Assembly (NCBI GenBank): GCA_965246715.1
Contig: CBDFFH010000005.1
Coordinates: forward strand, 160,001 to 224,000
Length of the DNA: 64,000 nt
Source of the DNA: Chamaesiphon sp.
Lineage (GTDB): Bacteria; Cyanobacteriota; Cyanobacteriia; Cyanobacteriales; Chamaesiphonaceae
Direction of reading: 5' to 3'
Under the pieces are notes generated by a model. It saw only the letters and a list, made by a program, of their open reading frames with translations. It searched no databases and was not told the origin of the DNA. Positions 50,265-60,125 of the stretch are shown here, one piece after another. A program made the translations under genes and the position numbers. Each line of letters starts with the position of its first letter. The first letter of the stretch is position 1.

Positions 50265-52154
50265 CTACATAAAACTCACTAACCCCTTACCATCAGCATC
50301 TTTACATCCATCCTCACACTTGAGAAAATAGCCCTTCTTCACTTTCTTTGTAGGTACTTTAGACATGGGTTTGCTACAAGTCGGACATTTAGAGCGCGAT
50401 TTCTCCAGTTCCTTACCCTGGAACGATCCATAATCCTGCTCCGGTAGATTCTTAGTAGCCCTACTTAATGCTGGCGCAAAATAGCTTCGGTTCCACTCAA
50501 TTAGGTAACTTTGCCATTCCTGCTGACCCTTGGAGATTGCATCGAGTTGAGTTTCCATCCCAGCCGTGAATTCCGATTGAATCAGCTCCGGTAAAGCTTG
50601 CATCAGAAAATCATCCACTTGCAAACCCACAGTCGTCGGTTGCACTTTGCTCTTGACTAACTCGACATAATTACGCTGCTTGAGCGTGGCAATCGTCGGC
50701 GCGTAAGTCGAAGGACGACCGATGCCCTTACGTTCCATCAATTGAACGAGTTTTGGCTCGGAGTATCGCGGTGGTGGCTGGGTCTGTTTCTGCTCGTGAC
50801 TGACATTTGCTGCGGTAAGTGGTTGTTTTGGTTGCAAGCTGGGTAGGACAGCATCACCGCTAATGTCCTTCCAATACTTGGCATAGCCCGCAAATTCGAG
50901 CATTTGACCTCTAGCTTGCCATTGGATCTCGCCAGATTGGGTAACGATCGTGGTTTTACGAATCTGTGCGGGTTTACATTGAGAGGCGATCGATCTCATC
51001 CAAATCATCACGTACAGGGCGAATTCATCCTCTGAAAGCTGCTGTTTGAGTTCGCTTGATGCTTTGGTGATATCCGTCGGTCTGACCGCTTCATGGGCTT
51101 CTTGAGCGTCTTTAGCACTGCGCTGTTTAGAAACTTTTGTCGGTACATTATCTTTGTCATGGGACATCAGCCATTCCCGTGCCGCTTTACAGAAATCCTG
51201 ACTGAGTTCGACTGAATCAGTCCGCATATAGGTAATCAGTCCAGCTTCATAGAGCTTCTGAGCGACTGACATCGTATGTTCGGGGCTGAACTTCAGCCGC
51301 GCTCCTGCGGCTTGTTGGAGCGAGGAAGTGATAAATGGGGCAGGTGGCTTTTTAGGGGCGAGTTTACCTTCGATCGATTTAACTTGATGGGGATGAGATT
51401 TGCCGATCTCGACTAACCTTTCGGCTTCAGCTTGACTCAGTACCCGCGTCGATTCGGCGACTTTTTCGATTGCTCCGGCATCGTCGTTAGTTTCCTCGTC
51501 TGGGGCTGGTGAAATAGCTTGAGCTGTACCGTTGTAGAAGGCACGGAAACCTTCGGCATAGTCTACAAATACCGACCAGTAATCTTGAGGTATGAAGGCT
51601 TGAATTTCTCGCTCTCGTTGACAGACTAAATGGAGAGTTGCAGATTGCACCCGCCCGACGCTTTTCGCACCGTTATTGAGTCGCCAGATTAGGGGCGATC
51701 CTTTGTAACCTACGAGCTTATCCAAACAATCCCGACACCTACCTGCTTCTACTAGAGCCATGTCTAGGGAGCGGGGAGAAGCAATTGCTTTCCTAACAGC
51801 GGACTCGGTAATTTCCTGATAGACAACCCGCTGAGGCTGTTTGAGCTTCAACACCTGGGCAATGTGCCAGCCAATTACTTCACCTTCCCGATCGGGATCT
51901 GAGGCGATGAATACTTTGTCGGCTCGTTCGGCTGCGGAAATTAGTCCGGCGATCGTCTGTTTAGCGCGATCGTCGCGGGGAATGTAGCGACAGTCGATCG
52001 TATTTGAACCCAATTCAAACCCTAACGCACCATCTCCATCATTGGCGAGTTGGCGAATATGTCCGATCGATGCCTTTACATCCCAGTCGGAGCCGAGGAT
52101 ACTCCTCAGCTTTTTGATTTTGCCAGCAGATTCAACAATCAGCAGATTTCGCAT
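50265..52154 (-). CDS. type IA DNA topoisomerase (accessory/plasmid-like copy)
   Basis: LLIVES, ASDPDREGE, GRVQS, catalytic ITYMRTDS, AHEA and GIGRPSTYA. Single C-terminal Zn ribbon. Confidence 0.92.
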   Translation of the reverse strand: MRNLLIVESAGKIKKLRSILGSDWDVKASIGHIRQLANDGDGALGFELGSNTIDCRYIPRDDRAKQTIAGLISAAERADKVFIASDPDREGEVIGWHIAQVLKLKQPQRVVYQEITESAVRKAIASPRSLDMALVEAGRCRDCLDKLVGYKGSPLIWRLNNGAKSVGRVQSATLHLVCQREREIQAFIPQDYWSVFVDYAEGFRAFYNGTAQAISPAPDEETNDDAGAIEKVAESTRVLSQAEAERLVEIGKSHPHQVKSIEGKLAPKKPPAPFITSSLQQAAGARLKFSPEHTMSVAQKLYEAGLITYMRTDSVELSQDFCKAAREWLMSHDKDNVPTKVSKQRSAKDAQEAHEAVRPTDITKASSELKQQLSEDEFALYVMIWMRSIASQCKPAQIRKTTIVTQSGEIQWQARGQMLEFAGYAKYWKDISGDAVLPSLQPKQPLTAANVSHEQKQTQPPPRYSEPKLVQLMERKGIGRPSTYAPTIATLKQRNYVELVKSKVQPTTVGLQVDDFLMQALPELIQSEFTAGMETQLDAISKGQQEWQSYLIEWNRSYFAPALSRATKNLPEQDYGSFQGKELEKSRSKCPTCSKPMSKVPTKKVKKGYFLKCEDGCKDADGKGLVSFM

Positions 52155-52187
52155 AAATTTAGGTGAACTGAGATTTGGCTAGACGAT

Positions 52188-52209
52188 TACCTACGGTAGG
52201 CTTCGCCAA
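52188..52209 (+). repeat. 22-nt mini-element inserted in CGAT^CG
   Basis: CGAT|TACCTACGGTAGGCTTCGCCAA|CG, identical to the reverse complement of 62661-62682. Confidence 0.85.
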
Positions 52210-52322
52210 CGAGTGAAGATCGTTCGATCCACAATAATATAATTATTGCTAATAAATAAGGGCAAGTGCTTACCACTTACAGAACCAAAAAAGGTCGATC
52301 GCCAATCTCAATATAGGAAAAA

Positions 52323-52859
52323 CTAGGCATTAACTTCTCGATTAGGAACGAAAGTACAGAGAATTCCTTCTCTATCCTTAAAAAAGTCAGTTTCAGATAT
52401 CCGATCTAATAAAGTATTTTCACTGAAATCGGCATCGATTACCCTTCCATCTTCAAATACGATAAATTGTCCACCGTATCGATTGATTAATTCGGGAAGA
52501 TGAACGTTGAAGGATTTTTCTTGTTCTTTGAGATAATCATAAGCATCCTGACTCCAAAATAAGTCTCGGACGGTATAGGTGAAAGGATTGCCATCTCGAT
52601 CGACAGCATGAATGATATCTTCCGCCTGAGTGTCTTCTAAATCTGATTTTAAATCTTCTACATTTTCAGAGCTTTGGGCTGTGCTCAGTTTTGTGGTGTG
52701 ACAAACTCGTTCGCCATTAGCAGCAATTTCATTCCGTTGTTGCTCGATTGGTTGTTGGAGTTGTTCGAGTAGACTATCCCGATCTTCAAGGGGAAGACTC
52801 GCGTTGGCGCAGCCTAGCCTCTGGCTAATCGCTTGAACGATTTCTCTATAATTCGTCAT
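52323..52859 (-). CDS. hypothetical protein (C-terminus DUF5678-like)
   Basis: GGAGG RBS and F...LPELI.RY.GQFI....GRVID.D. Confidence 0.6.
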   Translation of the reverse strand: MTNYREIVQAISQRLGCANASLPLEDRDSLLEQLQQPIEQQRNEIAANGERVCHTTKLSTAQSSENVEDLKSDLEDTQAEDIIHAVDRDGNPFTYTVRDLFWSQDAYDYLKEQEKSFNVHLPELINRYGGQFIVFEDGRVIDADFSENTLLDRISETDFFKDREGILCTFVPNREVNA

Positions 52860-53191
52860 GTTGCAATACCTCCAAAGACCGCTCTGGATTAATTTTTAGC
52901 TCCTTTGATGATACTACCTCCTATCCTCTCGTAGGATCGAACAGTTGTTTAGGGCTGATACTGACAGTCTAAATTTACCGATGGCAATCGACCTCTAGGA
53001 TCTTCGCGATCGCCGATAAACATTGCACTTAGTTTGTTACTTAGTAACATATCTAGAACGTTAAGTAATAAACCTAATCTAGGATTAACCAGAAATGAGG
53101 TATTAAATTTAATTGCAAAGTCTAATACAAGTAATGGACTAAGCGATCGCTCCCCCGATCCGATGGATGAATGATTCCATACTTATGCTCA

Positions 53192-54625
53192 TCATATTGC
53201 AATATCCATCGGGACAGAGATACTAACTAAATTTGCCACCGGAGTATATATATCAACGTCAACTCCTGGAACTCTAATTGATACAATCAATGAATAATGA
53301 GAAACTTCGTTGTATCGTTCCAGATATTTCTTTTCTTTCCACCATCCACCCACTGGGTAAACTGCGATCGCATCCTTACTCGCTAATTCAATTGCGGCTG
53401 ACCAAGATGATGGCGTTCCGCAATCGTTAGAACCAACGTTACTGGTAACTGCCATACAGAACACTCGGCGGCGATGAGGGGCTTGGATCTCCGGTAAAAA
53501 TACTCCTTGTTCTGTGATTGCACCGTAAAGTTCAGGATCGTTTTCCCCAATAGTTGGAAGTATTTTGACTGACTCAATGCGGTGTAACAGTTTTACAGGT
53601 TCATCTGTTGCTAGATTGTCTAACATGTAGTCAGCATATAAAGCTATTCCCGCCATCGCAGTCCCATGACCCCGCCGATAAGGACTGTCATTAGTACCCC
53701 AGGATGGCTCAACAGTGTGCATATCATCTGAAGCCAAACCTAGTGCCAGCAGTGGATGAGTTCGTGTTGCACCGCTATCTAGCAAACTGATTGCTACTGC
53801 GTGTTTCCCTGGTTCAATCAGTCGCCTTGCTAAATCTTCAACCCAGTCAAGTTGCTCTCTCGATCCCATCTCCAGAAATATTGATGGGATGTCCTTGGCA
53901 ATGCGTAGTTCCGCTACCGCATCAGAGTTTGCGATAATTCTCGCCATTGCTTCAATGTTAGACATTACTAGAACAATCTCACGCTCTGGGAAAGTAATGG
54001 CATGGTGCTTCGTCCGAATGTTTAGAAATTGAACAACCTGGTCAAAGACACTGCGTCGATCTTTCCGCAGCCAGACCTCCCACCAAACATCTAGTCCATT
54101 TGCTGGAAATAGAGATGGATCGTCTGTAAATAACGATGTGACTTTTCCAACGTGAACTGATTCTATCCGTGATACCAGTCTCTCATTTTTTGGTTTTCCG
54201 CTTTTTTTATCATTTTCATTGCGATACTTTCGTACTTTATTCAAGAAGTAGTCAGCAGCGATCTCTGGGACAAAAACAGTAGCTGAAACCATACCCTCTT
54301 GCTCAGGGATCTTTTTGACAGCGACAAGCTCAATGTTCTTTCTACGATCTCCTAGCTGCTGAAAAGCGTTAGCTTTATCAGCTAAAATTTGAAATTCCAG
54401 GTAAAAGCCAGGTATTCCAGCCGCAATATCTGGTTGGCGAGAGTCTAACTGTTTACGAGCATCCTGAATTGCTAACCCAATGGTCTGTTCTAGAAATTGA
54501 GCGTGTTCTATCCTATTTCGTTCGGGTGGTGGGGGCGATTTACCACCACCTCGACCAGTATAGTTCTCGCTTTTGCCATTATCAGGTAGATAGATATGAG
54601 GAAATTTGCGTGACCGATCGGACAT
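53192..54625 (-). pseudogene. S8 family serine peptidase (IetS-like) with in-frame internal deletion
   Basis: Catalytic D (LLDSG) and H (HGTAMAG) are present but there is no GTS serine motif. PSSWSAAI joins directly to the C-terminal AVYPVGGWW. Confidence 0.75.
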
Positions 54626-54628
54626 ACT

Positions 54629-55627
54629 CTACGCTTTTGTCAGTTGTTGGAAATTAACACCTTGCCGCTCCAAGATAGCGGAAATTAGTGTTTTCTCAAC
54701 GATCTTTTCTGTATTTGATAGCACGGCTTTCTTGGCTGCTTCATCCGCAGCGCGAGCAATCTCCGCTAAACTCAATCCTTGGGCAGCTTTCAGTACTTTT
54801 GACCAATCACGCCATTGGGGATCGAAGATCGAGAGCCGTGTTTCGAGAAGGCGATGAATCATTTCTGCTGTTGGCAGGGTATATTCAATTACGTCATCAA
54901 ATCTTCGGAACAGAGCTTCATCGAGTAGGTTGGGGTGATTGGTTGCCGCAACAATCAAACTCTCACTCTCATCATTCTCGATGAATAGTAAAAAAGAATT
55001 CAGGACACGCCGAATTTCGCCTGTATCGTTGGTGCTGTTACGCTGTGTGCCGATCGCGTCAAACTCATCAAAAAAGTAGACACCTCGCGTCAGTGACATG
55101 GCATCAAAAATTAACTTGAGGCGGCTGGCAGTTTCTCCCATAAACTTACCGATGAGGCTGCTATACATTGCGGTTAGAAGCGGCAGATGCAGTTCTCCAG
55201 CCAAGGCTGATGCCGTCATTGTTTTGCCAGAACCAGGGGGGCCTACCAGTAAGATTTTACGACGCGGAGATAAGTTATAGGATTGAAGGCGATTCCGCTG
55301 TGTTTGTTCTGTCAGAATGCGCTCTAGTCGCAACTCTAGATCGGGCGATAGCACCATGTCCGAGAGTCTTATATCTGGATAGCGAGCGGACAGCAGGCTA
55401 GATAATTCGCCTTTGGGTTGAACTATCGCAACTGGGCTGGTTTTGCGCTCGATCGCGGAGCCACGTTCTTTAGCTTGTTCGATTAATGCTCGAATTTCTT
55501 GAGCGAGTTTCCCATGCCCTTGTCTGGCTTCATTCGCAGCAATTTGAAGGGCAGCAGAATGAAACTGCTGCTCTTCACCTTCTACATAACTTTTTAGAAG
55601 TGCCACGATCTGGCGAGCGTTAGCCAT
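54629..55627 (-). CDS. AAA+ ATPase (IetA-like)
   Basis: GPPGSGKT, FFDEFDAIG, AATNH and LDEALFRRFD. Ends 3 bp upstream of the S8 peptidase. Confidence 0.9.
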   Translation of the reverse strand: MANARQIVALLKSYVEGEEQQFHSAALQIAANEARQGHGKLAQEIRALIEQAKERGSAIERKTSPVAIVQPKGELSSLLSARYPDIRLSDMVLSPDLELRLERILTEQTQRNRLQSYNLSPRRKILLVGPPGSGKTMTASALAGELHLPLLTAMYSSLIGKFMGETASRLKLIFDAMSLTRGVYFFDEFDAIGTQRNSTNDTGEIRRVLNSFLLFIENDESESLIVAATNHPNLLDEALFRRFDDVIEYTLPTAEMIHRLLETRLSIFDPQWRDWSKVLKAAQGLSLAEIARAADEAAKKAVLSNTEKIVEKTLISAILERQGVNFQQLTKA

Positions 55628-55893
55628 GACCTTACTGCCCTCGATTCGGAGCTGTTTATTTTTATTAAGTACTTTGATTCAGTTTACTTTGTTTAACAGA
55701 CCTTTTGTACTGTCAAAAGACGTTACTTTACACAACCCGTCAGGAATGCAACGCCGATTGGCATGAAGTCTCAGTCAACTCAGTGTTTTAGCCTGAATTT
55801 AGGCTGAAATAGTCTCTTAGTAAGGATTTGAGGAAATACTCAACTGGTTGCGATCGAAATGATAGTTGGATACGCAACAATGTGTTGAGAGAT

Positions 55894-56238
55894 TCATTGC
55901 TCTACCTGCTGACAACTTTCAGTAGGAAACAATAAATATGTTCCAGGTCGGATCGCCCATGCTGCATTCTCCCGCCACCAGTTTGCTGCCGCTGGTGAAT
56001 GTGTCGCGAGGATCTCAATGGATCGAGCGGCTTCGACTGTATAACCTTGCTCTTTTTTGGTTCTGCCAGCAAGATGGGCAAAGAACGATCCGAACCCTTT
56101 TTTTGGTCGTGACAGAACGCCGACTGTATCTACATCATGTACTCCAGGAACGGCAAGTGGCAAAACAAGTCCGACCCAATCGGCTCTAACGCTTTCGGGT
56201 GCGTCCCCTGGAGGAGTGCTGATGATGCGGATGTACAT
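55894..56238 (-). CDS. hypothetical protein
   Basis: IRI..TPPGDAPE.VR..WVGL.LPL...AA.WW, 114 aa. Confidence 0.6.
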   Translation of the reverse strand: MYIRIISTPPGDAPESVRADWVGLVLPLAVPGVHDVDTVGVLSRPKKGFGSFFAHLAGRTKKEQGYTVEAARSIEILATHSPAAANWWRENAAWAIRPGTYLLFPTESCQQVEQ

Positions 56239-56329
56239 AACGATCGGTAATATTACTGCTCATACTTATATTTCCCCGCGATCGGAAAGTATGTAACTCT
56301 TGCAAAGATTCGATCGGAGTTAACAGCCC

Positions 56330-56770
56330 TGTATCACCTCAAACTAGGCGGTATCTTGGCGCGAATCTAGTTCTTGATTCAACATCCGCTCGTTGGCGTA
56401 GCCGCGCCGAGAGGTAATCGTCACATCAAAGGCGCGTTGAAATTCTAGGTCTGAGGTTGTAGCGCATTGAAGAGAGCGATAATCTCGTCTAAGGGGTCTT
56501 GCTGGCTCTCCTGGCAGTGACAACCGCGTGGGCTAGTTCTGGGGTGCGAGTTCGGATGCGGTGGAATCTAGGTCAATCGAGTGGTTGAGTCTGACTCGCT
56601 CTAAACTGTAGGTGGAGAGGTCGATACTATTGAGGAGTTGGTCATATTTTGACGAATTGTTTAGCTTTAATTTTGAAGTCTATCTTGCCTGCTTCGGCTA
56701 ATTCTAACTCGGTGGTAAATCTCTGGGCGGCGATATTCATAATCGGGCTGAGTTCGTGGGCAGCGTGACG
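56330..56770 (-). pseudogene. remnant of a type I restriction enzyme R subunit C-terminus
   Basis: Manual translation gives DFKIKAKQFVKI, LLNSIDLSTYSLERVRLNHSIDLD and DPLDEII across stops and frameshifts. Family assignment is from recall. Confidence 0.55.
56393..56416 (-). repeat. 24-nt variant mini-element inserted in CGAT^CG
   Basis: The minus strand reads CGAT|TACCTCTCGGCGCGGCTACGCCAA|CG. Confidence 0.75.
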
Positions 56771-56884
56771 ATAACTTGACAAACCAGTCATAACAGGCTA
56801 AAAGTAGTACAAGCCCATAAAATAGCCCACGTAGTTATTTTTAATGGCTGTAAGCTTTGCATTATAAGGCTTGTGACTCTATTT

Positions 56885-56934
56885 GCACTACTTTGGGGTA
56901 GTAGGGGTCGGAGGTTCAAATCCTCTCGTTCCGA
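56885..56934 (+). other. 3' two-thirds of tRNA-Pro(GGG): attachment-site core
   Basis: Anticodon arm CTACT-TTGGGGT-AGTAG, T arm GGAGG-TTCAAAT-CCTCT and acceptor 3' strand CGTTCCGA. No 5' acceptor strand or full D arm. Confidence 0.85.
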
Positions 56935-57079
56935 TTTGACTGAAACATACGGCACGGCAAGGCTTTTAGGAAACAAACCATTTCTTAACAGCCGTTTTTT
57001 CGTGTCTATGCACTCAAAATAATGTGCTGTTTTGCGTGGTTTGGCTGGTCGATCGCCCACCATTTCACCCACTGTTTTT

Positions 57080-58010
57080 ATGCACATTGAAAAACGCGGC
57101 AATAGCCTCCTCATCAGGTTTTCGCACGATGGCAAGCCCTATAGCTTCAGTTTACCCAAACACAATAATCCGGTGGGGATGTCTGCCGCCAAGATGAAGA
57201 TGGCACAGATCGAGAAAGACATCAACTACGGGAACTTTGATACTACTCTACTCAGATACAAACCTCGCAAGCTTGGGAACGATCCCACAGCGATTAGCGC
57301 AGTCGAACTATTTGAGAAATATATTCCCCACCATCAACAAGAGCGGGGGCTAACTCACGGATCGGGGCTAAGACTTAAAGCGATCCTGTCCAAACTCGAT
57401 CGGTTACTTGGTGATAAACCTGCCGAGAAAGTGACTGAGCCTGTAGCAAAGGATATGGTCGCTAAATGGTTGGAATCGGCATCGAGCAAGACAGTCAAAT
57501 CATATCTGTACTATTTAAAAGCTTGCTGGGATTGGGCAGAGGGCAAGTACCACGTTGCAGAATATAATCCCTGGGAGTGTTGTTTAACCACTGCGATTAC
57601 CAGGGGTCACAAAGCCCCAAATCGGCAACAGAAGAAACCCTTCACTATTGCCGAACTCCAGGCGATTATCTCAGCGTTCGCGACCAATCCATATTACTCT
57701 CACTACACTGAGTTCATCATCTTTCTCGCCTCTACTGCTTGCAGATTTGGGGAAGTTGCAGGGTTGCGATGGCAGCATCTAGGTTCGGACTACACTACCG
57801 TATGGATCGGGGAATCCATCTCTCGCGGCCATCAAAACCAAAAGGGCACCAAAACGGGAAAGCATCGCACTATCCAGTTACCGCCGAATGTGAGAGCGAT
57901 GTTGGTATCCAGATTCAATCGACTATCGCCACAGCCGGACGATCTGGTATTTCCCAGTCCCAAAGGTTTGCCCATCAATGACCATACGTTCAGAAGAAGA
58001 GCATGGAAAA
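57080..58010 (+). pseudogene. tyrosine recombinase/integrase with arm-binding domain, C-terminally truncated
   Basis: TACRFGE..GLRW (catalytic R) and GTKT (K) are present. The sequence diverges after FRRRAWKT, with no HxxR or catalytic Tyr. Confidence 0.82.
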
Positions 58011-58220
58011 CATGCCTTTGTGCCGATCCCGCAACCCTTGACAATTGGCGAAGATTTTGCGGTTGTTCCGTTAGATGTGATGCCCATTTTAACCGATCGG
58101 ATTCGGACGATGGCCGATCGCATCCAGCCCTTTGTACTAGAACCATCGATCCATTTAGTGGAGCAATTAAACTTATCACCAAACGATCGCGCTGATTTAG
58201 ATAATAATTTTTTTGGGTAA
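58011..58220 (+). pseudogene. orphan 3' gene fragment fused at the integrase breakpoint
   Basis: Open frame HAFVPIPQ...NNFFG* ends 3 bp before the DUF389 start, which is operon-like spacing. Confidence 0.45.
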
Positions 58221-58223
58221 GCG

Positions 58224-60038
58224 ATGAAAAAGTTAAGGATCTTACCAAGGCTCAATTGGTTGAGCGATCGGTTTGCCAAAAATCTGGGCGTAAATAACGC
58301 TCGGAAGGAGCAAGTATATTTAGATATCGCCGAGTCAGTCAGCCTCACTGATACCAGCTATTGGATTCAGGTGCTATTTTCGGCGGGGATTGCTACGCTC
58401 GGTTTAGTGTTGAATAGTCCAGCGGTAATCATCGGTGCGATGCTAATTTCGCCCCTGATGGGCAGCATTTTGGCAAATGGACTTGCCCTAGCCACGGGCG
58501 ACATTATCTTAGCTCTGAGGGCAATTTTGAACTTGCTCTTGAGTTGCGGATTGGCGATCGCCTTTGCCATGTTATTGGTGCTAGCTCTGCCATTTAAGGA
58601 AATGACATCGGAAATTATCGCCCGGACTCAACCCAACTTACTAGATCTAGTCATTGCGCTATTTTCTGGGGCAGTGGGGGCGGTGGCTATTTGTAAAGAG
58701 CCAAAAGGGATAGCCACCTCGATTCCAGGTGTATCGATCGCCGTGGCACTGATGCCACCATTATGTGTCGTTGGCTATGGGCTGGGCATGGCGATAACTG
58801 TCAATTCGGCTAATGGACTGGGGGTAGCCCGTGGCGGCGGATTGTTATTTTTAACTAACTTAGTCGCGATTACCTTTATGGCGATGGTGGTGTTTTTGGC
58901 TTTGCACATCGATCCCGATCCAGTGCTAGCCAAAGTGCGAAGCTGGCGAGAAAGCGATCCTGAAAGTATGCGGCTCCAGTCGCTTGTCGATAAATTGCCT
59001 GCCTCCGAGCGAGTGAAGAAAATTGGTGGTTTACCGAGTCGCATAATATTAATCGTGATGACGATCTTACTGGTTTCGTTACCTTTAAATCAGTCTTATA
59101 ATCAGCTTCGCAGTGAAGTCGAGCGCAAACAGCAACAAAATCGCCTGCGGAATGTCGCCACCGAGATCTGGCAAAAAAACTTTGCCGAATTTACCGATGG
59201 CAAAGCCCGATCGTATATCAGCCAACTCTCATTACAAGAGCGAGAGCGAAAATTGACCGCCCAACTTCAGGTGGTGACTAGCAAAATATATACTGAAGCC
59301 GAGCGCGCTCGATATAAAAAACTCTTAGCGGTAAAACTGCTCCGCCCAGTCGAATCGATCGCCCTAAATCTAATTCAGATTCCCACCGCGTCTAGCGACT
59401 TGTTGCAGCAAGTTCCCGTCGCCACTATCCCGTCGCCACCCCCAACAGTTGCCGAATTACAATCGAGTTTTTTGGGGGGGATAGAATCTGTAGCTGAATC
59501 ACTGGTTTTACCAGCTCCGGCTCAATTGGTAAATTATGAAGTTAGTACCAGTCCAGTTGCACCGCTGAAAATTCAGGTGGTTTATTTGAGCGATCGGGAG
59601 ATCGATCGCGATGGAATAGTCTTACTAGCCGCAGAGATCCGCAAGCAATTAAATTATCCGACGGCTGAAGTCAACTTCCAACGCATTGCACCGTTGAACA
59701 TCGCGCTACCGTTCGGGTTGAATCAAGCTAAAATTACGCCCGATCTCACCAGATCGCTCGCTCGAATCGGTTTGCTCCTTCAGCAACAGCCGCGATTGCA
59801 GGTTGAAATAACTGCTAGTCAAACACCTGCGGAAACTGGATCGATCGCCCAGGATCGATCGATGGCTGTGAGCGATTATCTTCAGACTAAATGGCAAATT
59901 CCCGCAGATCGCTATGTAATTAAAACTGAGGCAGGAGCCAAGGCGATCGTCCAACTCAAGACAATTGTCGGATTGTCTCCCAATTCTTCACTGCCCAATC
60001 CAGTCGATCGGGTTGACGAAAAATCGAACCCACAATAA
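58224..60038 (+). CDS. DUF389 (TIGR00341-like) membrane protein with OmpA-like C-terminal region
   Basis: IATLGLVLNSPAVIIGAMLISPLM, EI.ART.PNLLDL and GVSIAVALMPPL. Confidence 0.88.
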   Translation: MKKLRILPRLNWLSDRFAKNLGVNNARKEQVYLDIAESVSLTDTSYWIQVLFSAGIATLGLVLNSPAVIIGAMLISPLMGSILANGLALATGDIILALRAILNLLLSCGLAIAFAMLLVLALPFKEMTSEIIARTQPNLLDLVIALFSGAVGAVAICKEPKGIATSIPGVSIAVALMPPLCVVGYGLGMAITVNSANGLGVARGGGLLFLTNLVAITFMAMVVFLALHIDPDPVLAKVRSWRESDPESMRLQSLVDKLPASERVKKIGGLPSRIILIVMTILLVSLPLNQSYNQLRSEVERKQQQNRLRNVATEIWQKNFAEFTDGKARSYISQLSLQERERKLTAQLQVVTSKIYTEAERARYKKLLAVKLLRPVESIALNLIQIPTASSDLLQQVPVATIPSPPPTVAELQSSFLGGIESVAESLVLPAPAQLVNYEVSTSPVAPLKIQVVYLSDREIDRDGIVLLAAEIRKQLNYPTAEVNFQRIAPLNIALPFGLNQAKITPDLTRSLARIGLLLQQQPRLQVEITASQTPAETGSIAQDRSMAVSDYLQTKWQIPADRYVIKTEAGAKAIVQLKTIVGLSPNSSLPNPVDRVDEKSNPQ

Positions 60039-60125
60039 CGTAAATTGTCTAGTTATGGTTGTACCAAAGATCTAAAAACCCAATTCTCTGCATTATCAAT
60101 TATTAATTATCAATTAATTTAACAA

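Noticed and set aside
56860..56934. intact tRNA-Pro gene
   Set aside because: There is no 5' acceptor strand complementary to CGTTCCG and no complete D arm, so it is treated as an att core.
58011..58195. novel integrase C-terminal domain
   Set aside because: It is best explained as out-of-frame read-through across a deletion junction, and the catalytic residues are absent.
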